Source: an uncultured bacterium (lineage in GTDB: Bacteria > Patescibacteriota > Minisyncoccia > UBA6257 > 2-01-FULL-56-20). Taken from it: a stretch of DNA of 64,000 nt. The stretch spans positions 656,344-720,343 of the forward strand of contig CAVOJZ010000002.1 of NCBI GenBank assembly GCA_963696395.1. Direction: 5' to 3'. Of this stretch, positions 40,210-48,779 are shown piece after piece (the first letter of the stretch is position 1; each line of letters starts with the position of its first letter). The notes beneath the pieces were generated by a model. The model searched no databases. It saw only the letters and a program-made list of their open reading frames with translations, and was not told the DNA's origin. The position numbers were made by a program, and so were the translations under genes.

Positions 40210-40299
40210 AAAACACCCCAGAGAAAATCTGGGGTGTTTGCTATGTGTTCAGAAATCGAATACGTCTTTTTCTTGTCGTGATGTATTCAGAAAATGGAC
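40210..40299. repeat. Conserved ~90-bp non-coding element, copy 2
   Basis: Homologous to 21683-21771. Confidence 0.75.
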
Positions 40300-40343
40300 A
40301 TGCGAATATTGAGCAATGAACCTCAACGAGATAGAATTAACGT

Positions 40344-40877
40344 ATGGCAAATAACTCGGCTTTTATCGACAGCAACAATCTTTATAAGGCGATGGAAACA
40401 CTCGGCTGGAAATTGGACAATGCAAAATTTCGAACGTTTCTCTCGGATAAGTATGACGTTCAGAAAGCATATCTCTGCATCGGATACATTCCGCAAAATC
40501 AGGCGATGTACACCCGCCTCCAGCAACAAGGATTCATTCTTATTTTTAAGCCAGTCCTGACTCTGAAAGACGGCACGACCAAAGGCAATTGTGATGCTGA
40601 CCTCGTATTGAGGGCAATGGTAGAATATCCGAATTATGATAAGGCAGTCATCGTGACCGGAGACGGAGATTATTATTCTCTGGTCGATTATTTGAAATCG
40701 CAAAATAAGTTGGAGCAATTGCTGATCCCAGATGAAAACCGGTATTCAGCGTTGCTTAAAAAGGTTAACAATGAGCACCTGAAATATATTTCTTTTATAA
40801 GTAGGATGCGGAATAGAATGGAGTATTTCCCCAAAAGCCCTAAAAATGAAAAGGGCCCCAGAAGGACGGAACCTTAA
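40344..40877 (+). CDS. NYN (LabA/DUF88, PIN-like) domain protein
   Basis: AFIDSNNL, KGNCDADL, IVTGDGDY, YSALLK; promoter TTGAGC-17 nt-TAGAAT, leaderless. Confidence 0.9.
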   Translation: MANNSAFIDSNNLYKAMETLGWKLDNAKFRTFLSDKYDVQKAYLCIGYIPQNQAMYTRLQQQGFILIFKPVLTLKDGTTKGNCDADLVLRAMVEYPNYDKAVIVTGDGDYYSLVDYLKSQNKLEQLLIPDENRYSALLKKVNNEHLKYISFISRMRNRMEYFPKSPKNEKGPRRTEP

Positions 40878-40897
40878 GGGAGCCTTTTCGTGGTGAT
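40842..40897 (-). ncRNA. Candidate antisense sRNA overlapping the NYN 3' end
   Basis: Minus-strand promoter (TTGACT at 40933-40928; TAGTAT/TATAGT at 40911-40903) drives ATCACCACGAAAAGGCTCCCTTAAGGTTCCGTCCTTCTGGGGCCCTTTTCATTTTT, a hairpin with a U-tail. Confidence 0.55.
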
Positions 40898-41048
40898 ACC
40901 TTACTATACTACAAAATTGCTGTCAAAAGTCAACGGGTGGCCCGCGTACCGCAGTGCACGAAGGGATAAGATCAAGATCTGCCGCGTTATCCCCACCTCC
41001 TCATTTTGCCCCCCCCAGAACACGGTAAACTGATAAGTAAGACACTAC

Positions 41049-44000
41049 ATGGTTGGCTGTCGCAGATATAAAAAGTTCTTCTATATATTGATCGTCCTTG
41101 GGGTGGTCTTGTTTGGGATGCAGGGGAGGCAGGCAGGTGCGGCAATAAGTCGCGTGCAGTTCCGGACTGGCGAAGTCACGAGTGCCTCTAGTTCGTTCTC
41201 GTTGACCGTGGCCGTTTCTTCTACGCAGGTAGGGGATTTGGAAACTTTGTATGTCCAGACAGGGTTAAGTCCATCCAATATCATAGGGGTCCAGGACTCT
41301 TATGGCGACAACTTGAACCGGATTCTCTGCTTTACAACAACCTATAGTACCCCGAACTGTCTTTACTACTATCCTAGTGTTCCCCTCAACGTCACTTCTG
41401 TCACGATTACGGCAACGGGGACTCCCGGGAGTATCGTTGCCGGATTCGCCGAGTATTCTGGTATCGCGACATCAAGCCCCTTAGACGCGACAAGTTCGTT
41501 CGTGTATAACCCCGCCACGACTACGGTGTGGACAAGCGGCATTGCAACTACCACGCAGGCTGGTGAATTGTTTATCGGAGCAGCCGTGGACACAGATAAC
41601 AACTATACATTGACTCCGAATTCTCCCTGGAATAATGTCGGCGGAGGCACGATTGAACACGGACACGGAGCCGCCGATCTTTACCTGGATTATTTCCCCA
41701 CCGGAAATGATAGTGGATATGTCTCAACGGGAACATTGTCCCAAGCGGATCAGGTCGGTGCAGCCATAGCCTCGTTCAAAGCTACTCCTGCCGCTCCCAC
41801 AATTGCGTCTTTTTCCGCAAGCCCTACTCTTGTCAGTTCCGGCGCTTCGACTCTCAGCTGGAATGTAAGCAATGCTTCTTCGGTGGCTATCACTCCAGGA
41901 AACTTCAGTACGAGCACCCTGGTTGGTTCCACAGTTGTGGCCCCTACTTCAACCGTTGTATATACCTTGACCGCTGCAAACGCCATCGGAACGAGCACAG
42001 CGACAACGACGGTGAATTTCGACGATACCCCTCCCACCACTCCAACGAGTGTCATTATCACATCAGTCATGACGTCCACCATCTCGTTTTCATGGGCTAG
42101 TTCCACAGATCCAATAGTTGCTTCCGATACGACCTCTGGCGTTGGTGGGTATGACATTTATCGCAATGCGATCTTTGTCGCTTCGACGACCGCATCCTCA
42201 ACCACTTTTTCTGATACAGGCCTTACGGCCAGTACCACGTACACATACAACATCGCTGCATTCGATAATGCTGGCAATATAAGTGCCACGTCGACAGGTG
42301 TTCAAGGAACCACTCAGTCAAATACTCATGTTTTCTACATCGCCGCGGACGGGAACGATGCCAATCCGGGCACTTCAAAATCCGCCCCGTGGCTTCATGC
42401 TCCCGGTATGCCGAATTGCACTGGGACGTGTGCGGCATACACGCCTCAGCCGGGAGATCGGTTTATCTTCCGCGGAGGGGATACGTGGCATACGGCGAAC
42501 TCATCCGCAGCAGACGGGAATACGAATGCGTATACAGGGTACGGTCCCGATCCCATCGATAATCGCGCCACAAGTTCATGGAACTGGGATTGGAGCGGAT
42601 CGTCTACGACGTGTTCCTGGGTCGCTTGGCCGAATAGTGGCCTCCCAACCAATGATTCTGGGTGTATTTATATCGGAGTAGATAAATCCTGGTACAGTGG
42701 TGCCAATTGGACGAGGCCTGCATTCGATCTTGATAATCCGCTCAGCGCGTCATTTGTTTCCAGTTGCGCATACGACGAAACCAACGCGTTTCACGGAATT
42801 GACCTTGGGCAGTTCTACGGATATCCCGATGATGCGGTCCGCGGGATCATCTTTGATGGGTTTAATTTCTATGGGTACTGCAATTCTGCTCCACCTCTAC
42901 CAGGAGTTTCTTACGTAAATATTGTGGGGACCTATGTCGGAGTCATCAATTCTTACTTTCATGGATGGACGGAGACGGATAATCCTCAGCCGAACGGGCA
43001 AGCCCCCGAAGATCAATCACCGGCGGTCATAGATCATTACACGGATGCGATAGTTCCTAATGGTGCTACGCACAATGCGATCGCTTTCGACGTATTTGAC
43101 GGATCCGATGGTTACTGTCCAGGTCCCTCCGGCTATTGTTTGGGAGGGGGTCTAGGATTAGACTACGACGTTTCCCACAGTGTGTTTCGATACATGTCCA
43201 ATGGCATTGGCGGCCAAAATCAGAATGATGCTTACATACACGATAACCTGATCGAAAACTTGTATGAGAGTTTCGATCCGGCGGCACATGGCTCGGTTAT
43301 CGAACAGAATGGCAATGACCTTGCGCAACCGATGCAGTGGTACAACAATATCGTGCGAAATAATTCTATCGGAGAAACAGTGGCTCCGGACATAACAAAC
43401 AGTTCGACGTTGTATTATTTCAACAATGTGATGTTTAACAATGGCAATCCTACCAATTGCATGGAGTTTTCTTCCGGGAATAGCTCGTCCACCGATGACC
43501 AATCCTATCTTACTAATGACACCTTCGACGCACCTTGTAGTATACGATTAAATGCGGGAGGTAACGGTCCTCAGTATAAGGGGACGATCTATTTCCAGAA
43601 TAACCATGTGATCGGAACTGGAGCCACGTCAACTATGGCTTGGGTTGGTACACCGCCCTCGGGCATCACCATTACGGATAATGGCAACGAAGTTTTCCAA
43701 ACAGAATCAGCTGCCAACGCACAGGGATATGCGTCAAACACTAACTATGCCCCGACTTCAGAAACCGGAGCAACCGTTGGTGCGGGCGCGAACCTGACGA
43801 GTAACTGCTCAACATATTCATCAGATTCCGCGCTCTGTAGCGGCACGACCGCGGTTTCGTATGATGCTGCGGATTATGTCGCGCTTGCGGCAACATCTAC
43901 TGCTTCGCGCCCTTCGTCTGGCCCATGGGATTCGGGTGCCTACGAATATAGCCTGCCTCCTCCCGTGATATCTTCTTTCTCCGCTGCTCCTCTCTATGTT

Positions 44001-44897
44001 CAACCAAATGTTACATCGACCCTCAGTTGGAATGTGAGCAATGCCTCTTCCGTGAGTATCACCCCAGGAGGATTCTCCACCTCAACCCTCATCGGCTCCT
44101 GGAATGTAGCTCCCACCTCAACGACCACATATACCTTGACTGCTTCATCGAACGGCAATGGTACGAGTACCGCTCAGACGACGATTACCGTGCAAAGCAT
44201 CCCTCCTTCTATTCCACAGAACCTCTCAGCAACCCCCGTCTCTCCCTCAGAGATTGACCTCTCCTGGTCTGCCTCCACAAGCACCATCCCTGTAGCCGGA
44301 TACGATATCTATCAAAACAGCGTGAAGATCGCCACGACCTCCAATACGAGCTACGCCAACACTGGTCTTGCGCAAGCTACTACCTACACGTATACCGTGG
44401 ATGCTTTTGATGCTGCAGGGAATGTCTCCCCGCAGAGTTCTTCTACCTCAGCAACCACGGAAACCGAGCAATCTGGTGGTGGTGGAGGAGGAGGTGGCGG
44501 CGGGGGCGGGGGCGGGGGAGGCGGATATTACTACGAGCCTCCTGCGACGACCACAGCGTCAAGCACTCCAGGAACGGCAAGTGAGTCGTCACTCCTTGCC
44601 ACGCTTCTCGCGGAACTTGAAGCCCTCATCAAAGAACTCAATACCCAGCTCGTAGCATCCTTCACGAGAAACCTTACCATTGGATCACGGGGGACGGATG
44701 TCCAAAACCTCCAGGTCTTCCTGAATGACAACGGGTATCAGATAGCACCATCTGGCGTCGGATCTCTCGGACATGAGTCCACCTACTTTGGCTCAAAGAC
44801 CGCACAAGCCCTTGCCAAATGGCAGAAGGCGAATGGTCTTCCAAGTTCAGGCTACTTTGGGGCATTGACACGAGCGCTGCTCAACAAACTATATTAG
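41049..44897 (+). CDS. Large secreted surface protein P4: Ig/FN3, beta-helix passenger type B, PG-binding C-terminus
   Basis: Signal peptide; HVFYIAADGNDAN...PWLHAPGMPNC; WDSGAYEY; conserved Ig-FN3-Gly-PGBD tail. Confidence 0.85.
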   Translation: MVGCRRYKKFFYILIVLGVVLFGMQGRQAGAAISRVQFRTGEVTSASSSFSLTVAVSSTQVGDLETLYVQTGLSPSNIIGVQDSYGDNLNRILCFTTTYSTPNCLYYYPSVPLNVTSVTITATGTPGSIVAGFAEYSGIATSSPLDATSSFVYNPATTTVWTSGIATTTQAGELFIGAAVDTDNNYTLTPNSPWNNVGGGTIEHGHGAADLYLDYFPTGNDSGYVSTGTLSQADQVGAAIASFKATPAAPTIASFSASPTLVSSGASTLSWNVSNASSVAITPGNFSTSTLVGSTVVAPTSTVVYTLTAANAIGTSTATTTVNFDDTPPTTPTSVIITSVMTSTISFSWASSTDPIVASDTTSGVGGYDIYRNAIFVASTTASSTTFSDTGLTASTTYTYNIAAFDNAGNISATSTGVQGTTQSNTHVFYIAADGNDANPGTSKSAPWLHAPGMPNCTGTCAAYTPQPGDRFIFRGGDTWHTANSSAADGNTNAYTGYGPDPIDNRATSSWNWDWSGSSTTCSWVAWPNSGLPTNDSGCIYIGVDKSWYSGANWTRPAFDLDNPLSASFVSSCAYDETNAFHGIDLGQFYGYPDDAVRGIIFDGFNFYGYCNSAPPLPGVSYVNIVGTYVGVINSYFHGWTETDNPQPNGQAPEDQSPAVIDHYTDAIVPNGATHNAIAFDVFDGSDGYCPGPSGYCLGGGLGLDYDVSHSVFRYMSNGIGGQNQNDAYIHDNLIENLYESFDPAAHGSVIEQNGNDLAQPMQWYNNIVRNNSIGETVAPDITNSSTLYYFNNVMFNNGNPTNCMEFSSGNSSSTDDQSYLTNDTFDAPCSIRLNAGGNGPQYKGTIYFQNNHVIGTGATSTMAWVGTPPSGITITDNGNEVFQTESAANAQGYASNTNYAPTSETGATVGAGANLTSNCSTYSSDSALCSGTTAVSYDAADYVALAATSTASRPSSGPWDSGAYEYSLPPPVISSFSAAPLYVQPNVTSTLSWNVSNASSVSITPGGFSTSTLIGSWNVAPTSTTTYTLTASSNGNGTSTAQTTITVQSIPPSIPQNLSATPVSPSEIDLSWSASTSTIPVAGYDIYQNSVKIATTSNTSYANTGLAQATTYTYTVDAFDAAGNVSPQSSSTSATTETEQSGGGGGGGGGGGGGGGGGYYYEPPATTTASSTPGTASESSLLATLLAELEALIKELNTQLVASFTRNLTIGSRGTDVQNLQVFLNDNGYQIAPSGVGSLGHESTYFGSKTAQALAKWQKANGLPSSGYFGALTRALLNKLY

Positions 44898-44923
44898 AGG
44901 AGAGGGCGAGAAGAAACTTCCGT

Positions 44924-44954
44924 GGGCGAAGTGTTAAAGCAGCACTTTCGTCCC
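44924..44954 (+). repeat. Boundary repeat R4 (single hairpin)
   Basis: gggcgaagtg-ttaaagcag-cactttcgtccc. Confidence 0.75.
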
Positions 44955-45096
44955 AGTATTTCACTGAAAATGCTCTTGCTAAGTCAAGGGCATTTTGGGT
45001 TTTTAAAGAGCGGAGGGGAGAGGGTAAGAAGCTGGCGGGCAGGTATTTTGAAACTTTTTTCCCGTCTGGGTAGTACCTATAGATAAGAACATCGCT

Positions 45097-45684
45097 ATGC
45101 GAAAGAACTTTCTGGTGCTGTCGCTGTTTGCTGCCTCTATTTCAATGGCTCTTACCGCAGGGGTGGCGTTTGCGCAGTCAAACGGCGGCTACGGGGGAGC
45201 GGGCAGGGGCCAGTTTTCCGGCGTCTTCGGACAGGTAACTGCCATTAATGGGACAAGTATCACTATCAATGACACTCGCAATAGCACGACGTATACCGTT
45301 GATGCATCCAACGCGACCGTAGCAAAGAACGGCGCGGCAGGTTCCATTTCCGACATTGCCGTGGGCGATACTATCGTGGTTCAGGGTACGATGAGCGGCG
45401 ACTCCGTTACGGCAACGAGCATCATGGATGGGTTCGGCGGGCACGGCGGCTACCCGGGTGGGCATGGTTCAAGTACGCGACCATTTAACGCGAGCGGCAC
45501 GTATGGCCGTCCGTCCGGTACGCCGCCCTTCGCAAGCGGCACCTTCCTGGGCCACGATAATAACTTTCCTTCCTCAACACAAAATCCTGCACCTTCTTCG
45601 ACCCCGAACGTCATGGTGAACCAAGGATTTTTCGGCTCCATCATGGGCTTCTTCGCGAATATCTTCAGCTTCTTCAAGCTGTAA
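45097..45684 (+). CDS. Secreted DUF5666-like protein
   Basis: Signal peptide AFA; GQVTAINGTSITI...YTVDASNA...ISDIAVGDTIVVQG. Confidence 0.7.
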   Translation: MRKNFLVLSLFAASISMALTAGVAFAQSNGGYGGAGRGQFSGVFGQVTAINGTSITINDTRNSTTYTVDASNATVAKNGAAGSISDIAVGDTIVVQGTMSGDSVTATSIMDGFGGHGGYPGGHGSSTRPFNASGTYGRPSGTPPFASGTFLGHDNNFPSSTQNPAPSSTPNVMVNQGFFGSIMGFFANIFSFFKL

Positions 45685-45730
45685 GAGTTTCGGCGTTGGA
45701 GAAAGGTCGAATCTTTTGAATATATATATT

Positions 45731-46066
45731 ATGGAAGACCAATCAAATAATCAGCAGCATCCTGAAGGCTGCAAGTGCTGGAAGTGCCAGGGAGGACAGA
45801 TGGACTGTGGCTACTGCCGGAAGCATAACCCGTGGTACCATTTGGCTCGTTGGGCGCTTGCCATTCTTGTCATTGTCGTCGTGTTTTGGTTCGGCCTGTT
45901 CATCGGACGCTTGGAAGGACAGCTTGGCGGCGGACGAACGATGATGCGTCATTCATACTCCGGCGGCTACGGCCATGCGTATCCTATGATGCAGGGAGGT
46001 TACGGCAGCATGGGCACCCATTCGCAGGCGACCCAGTCCGCTCCGTCGGCAACGTCGAACCAGTAA
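45731..46066 (+). CDS. Small membrane protein with Cys-rich N-terminus
   Basis: CKCWKC...CGYC, one TM, G/M-rich tail. Confidence 0.65.
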   Translation: MEDQSNNQQHPEGCKCWKCQGGQMDCGYCRKHNPWYHLARWALAILVIVVVFWFGLFIGRLEGQLGGGRTMMRHSYSGGYGHAYPMMQGGYGSMGTHSQATQSAPSATSNQ

Positions 46067-46149
46067 AGTTATCAAAGGAAGAAAATTCCTCAACGGGAAT
46101 TGCGTATAGTATTTACGCAAAGGTCGTGAGGGAAACAAATAACAACTAC

Positions 46150-47019
46150 ATGAAAAACAAACTTACCATTTTTGGAATCGTAGGGACGGCGGCCGGACTT
46201 CTTGCCCTTGCCTCGCTTGCGAGCGCCCAGGTGGCTCCTCTTGAGGTGACCTGCAACGCGGCAGTGTCCAACAACACTATCACGTGGACGGCAACCGCAC
46301 AGAATGGCGTTGCGCCCTACACCTATCTTTGGTCGGGCGACTCAAGCGTCGCGGGTAGCACAAGCACATCAATTGCGGCGACCTATCAGGCGAACGGGAC
46401 CTACGCCGCAGCCGTCACGGCGACCGACAGCTCTTCAAGCGTCGCAACCGCAAACTGCTCGGGGGTCATCAACTATTTTGTCGGGACGTCTCCGACGACG
46501 ACCGCTTCAAGCACGCCGACGCACGAGCAGGTCAACCTGCCTGCGGAGCTTCAGGTCGGGACGAACGGCAGTTTCCTCGCGCATGACCTTATCGTGCAAA
46601 GCGTAAGCGGCAATTCGTTCACGGGAACGGTGTGGGGAGTGACTTACACGGTGAACGTCGCGGCGTCCACGAATGGAAGTGTTCCGCAGTTCTACCTCCG
46701 CGGAGGCAATAGCGGCGGCTCATTCAATGTATCCGAGCTTCAGGACGGCGACCAGCTTGGGGTTTCCGGCTCCGTCGTCTCCAGTTCTCCGCTTGTTGTC
46801 AATGCGACAGTTGTCCGAGATTATAGTATTACCACGGCGCGTCCCATGGGACGGGGCGACTTTGGCAATATATCCTTCGGCAACGGCTCATTCGGGCAGG
46901 GCAACGGAAACAACAACGCAAGCTCCGGGAACGGCAATGCGCAGGGGCGGCTCAATCAGTTGCTCCAGCAGCTGCAAGGTTTGCAGAACATGTTCAGAAA
47001 TCGGTTCGGTGGAAGATAA
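46150..47019 (+). CDS. Secreted protein (PKD-like plus OB-like domain)
   Basis: True start is likely MKNKLTIFG; signal peptide; GVAPYTYLWSG...Y.ANGTY. Confidence 0.7.
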   Translation: MKNKLTIFGIVGTAAGLLALASLASAQVAPLEVTCNAAVSNNTITWTATAQNGVAPYTYLWSGDSSVAGSTSTSIAATYQANGTYAAAVTATDSSSSVATANCSGVINYFVGTSPTTTASSTPTHEQVNLPAELQVGTNGSFLAHDLIVQSVSGNSFTGTVWGVTYTVNVAASTNGSVPQFYLRGGNSGGSFNVSELQDGDQLGVSGSVVSSSPLVVNATVVRDYSITTARPMGRGDFGNISFGNGSFGQGNGNNNASSGNGNAQGRLNQLLQQLQGLQNMFRNRFGGR

Positions 47020-47191
47020 GTTGGAAAAAATATTTAAAGCAGCCCCTTCGCGTGGCTGTTTTAAATTGTTTGTGCGACACGATGGAGTCTGCGCGTCTCA
47101 ATATTGTCCCCTCATGATCTGTCTGGCGAGAAAGCGAACTATCCCTCACGTATCGGCATGATCCCCACGCAAGAGAGTATAATGAAAGCAT

Positions 47192-47980
47192 ATGATTCAG
47201 GTCGATAGCCTCGTGAAACAATATGGAGAGATCACCGCCGTCGACCATGTTTCGTTCGAGGTTGCCGACGGAGAGGTGTTTGCGTTTCTCGGTCCCAACG
47301 GCGCAGGAAAAACGACAACGGTGAAGATGTTGACGACCTTGCTTCATCCGACCTCGGGCACGATCCGGCTGAACGGCATTGACCCCGTGAGCGAACCGGA
47401 AGCGGCACGACGAACCTTCGGTATCGTGTTCCAGGATCCGAGTATCGACGATGATCTTACGGCGTGGGAAAACATGGATTTGCACGGTGTGCTGTATGAC
47501 GTGCCTGACGGGGAGCGATGGAAACGAAGCGAGGCCCTTCTTAAAGAAGTGGATCTTTGGGATCGCAAGAATAGTCCGGTCAAAGAGTTTTCCGGCGGTA
47601 TGAAACGGCGCCTGGAGATTGCGCGATCCCTCCTTCATGATCCCAAGATCCTATTCCTCGACGAGCCGACCGTCGGACTTGATCCCCAGACGAGGAACCT
47701 TATGTGGGACCGCATACAGGAGCTCAATAAGGCGGAAAAGATGACGATCTTTCTCACTACCCATTACATGGAGGAAGCGGACAGGATGGCGACGCGCATT
47801 GCTATTATTGACCACGGCAAAATTATCGAAACAGGAACCTCGGAAGAGCTGAAGAAAAAAACGAACACGCAATATCTGGAAGACGCCTTTCTTGCACTCA
47901 CGGGTAAAAGCATTCGAGAGGAAGATGCAGGGGGTACCGCGCATACGAAGCAAATGGGTCGGATGTTTGGACGGAGATAG
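47192..47980 (+). CDS. ABC-2 (DrrA-like) transporter ATP-binding protein
   Basis: GPNGAGKTT, FSGGMKRRLEIA, LFLDEPT, TTHYMEEA. Confidence 0.93.
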   Translation: MIQVDSLVKQYGEITAVDHVSFEVADGEVFAFLGPNGAGKTTTVKMLTTLLHPTSGTIRLNGIDPVSEPEAARRTFGIVFQDPSIDDDLTAWENMDLHGVLYDVPDGERWKRSEALLKEVDLWDRKNSPVKEFSGGMKRRLEIARSLLHDPKILFLDEPTVGLDPQTRNLMWDRIQELNKAEKMTIFLTTHYMEEADRMATRIAIIDHGKIIETGTSEELKKKTNTQYLEDAFLALTGKSIREEDAGGTAHTKQMGRMFGRR

Positions 47981-47989
47981 TGCAACACC

Positions 47990-48739
47990 ATGAAAAAGAT
48001 CTATTATCTTTGGCTCCGGCAAGTGAAGAAGTATCTGCGTTCAGGCCCGCGGCTCGTCGGCCTGCTTGCCCAGCCCATCATATTCCTCGTTATGTTCGGT
48101 TACGGTTTTGGTAATGTGTTTGCGGCAGGAGGAGGGAATTATCTCGACTATCTCGCGCCGGGCATTGTCGGCATGAGTATTATTTTCACCTCTATTTTTT
48201 CCGGCCTCGAGGTAATTTGGGATCGTCAGTTTGGCTTCCTTAAAGAAACGCTTGTGGCGCCCATGTCGCGCGCGGATGTTATGATAGGCCGTACGCTCGG
48301 AGCCGCGACCGCCGCCACCATACAGGGCTGCGTGGTGCTCATTATTTCATTCTTTTTTGGCTTCAGTCCGACGACCTGGGGCGGGCTCATTCCCGCAGTT
48401 TTTCTCATGTTTCTCATCTCTCTCGTGTTTTCTTCGATCGGTATGGTAATAGGGTCGCTTATCGACGACATGCAGGCATTCCCGCTCATCGTAAATTTCC
48501 TCATCATGCCACTCTTCTTCATCTCCGGAGCACTCTTTCCACTCCAGGGACTTCCGACGTGGCTTACCGACATCGCGCGCGTGGATCCTTTGACCTACGG
48601 TATTGATGGCCTGCGAATAGTTCTATCGGACATTGGTCATCACGACTTAAGTTTGGGCACGGACACATTTGTCCTCATGGTGATGGCACTCGCGTTTATC
48701 TGGTTGGGGAGCTACTTCTTCGAAAATATCAAAGCGTAG
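47990..48739 (+). CDS. ABC-2 (DrrB-like) permease
   Basis: Six TMs; WDRQFGFLKE.LVAP; FFISGALFP; DPLTYG.DG.R. Confidence 0.92.
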   Translation: MKKIYYLWLRQVKKYLRSGPRLVGLLAQPIIFLVMFGYGFGNVFAAGGGNYLDYLAPGIVGMSIIFTSIFSGLEVIWDRQFGFLKETLVAPMSRADVMIGRTLGAATAATIQGCVVLIISFFFGFSPTTWGGLIPAVFLMFLISLVFSSIGMVIGSLIDDMQAFPLIVNFLIMPLFFISGALFPLQGLPTWLTDIARVDPLTYGIDGLRIVLSDIGHHDLSLGTDTFVLMVMALAFIWLGSYFFENIKA

Positions 48740-48779
48740 GATATAATTATCAGGAAAAGTTTTATATCCATATTTATCA

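Noticed and set aside
45832-46149. N-terminal 106 aa of the 395-aa ORF
   Set aside because: It overlaps the gene at 45731-46066, and a signal peptide begins at ATG 46150.
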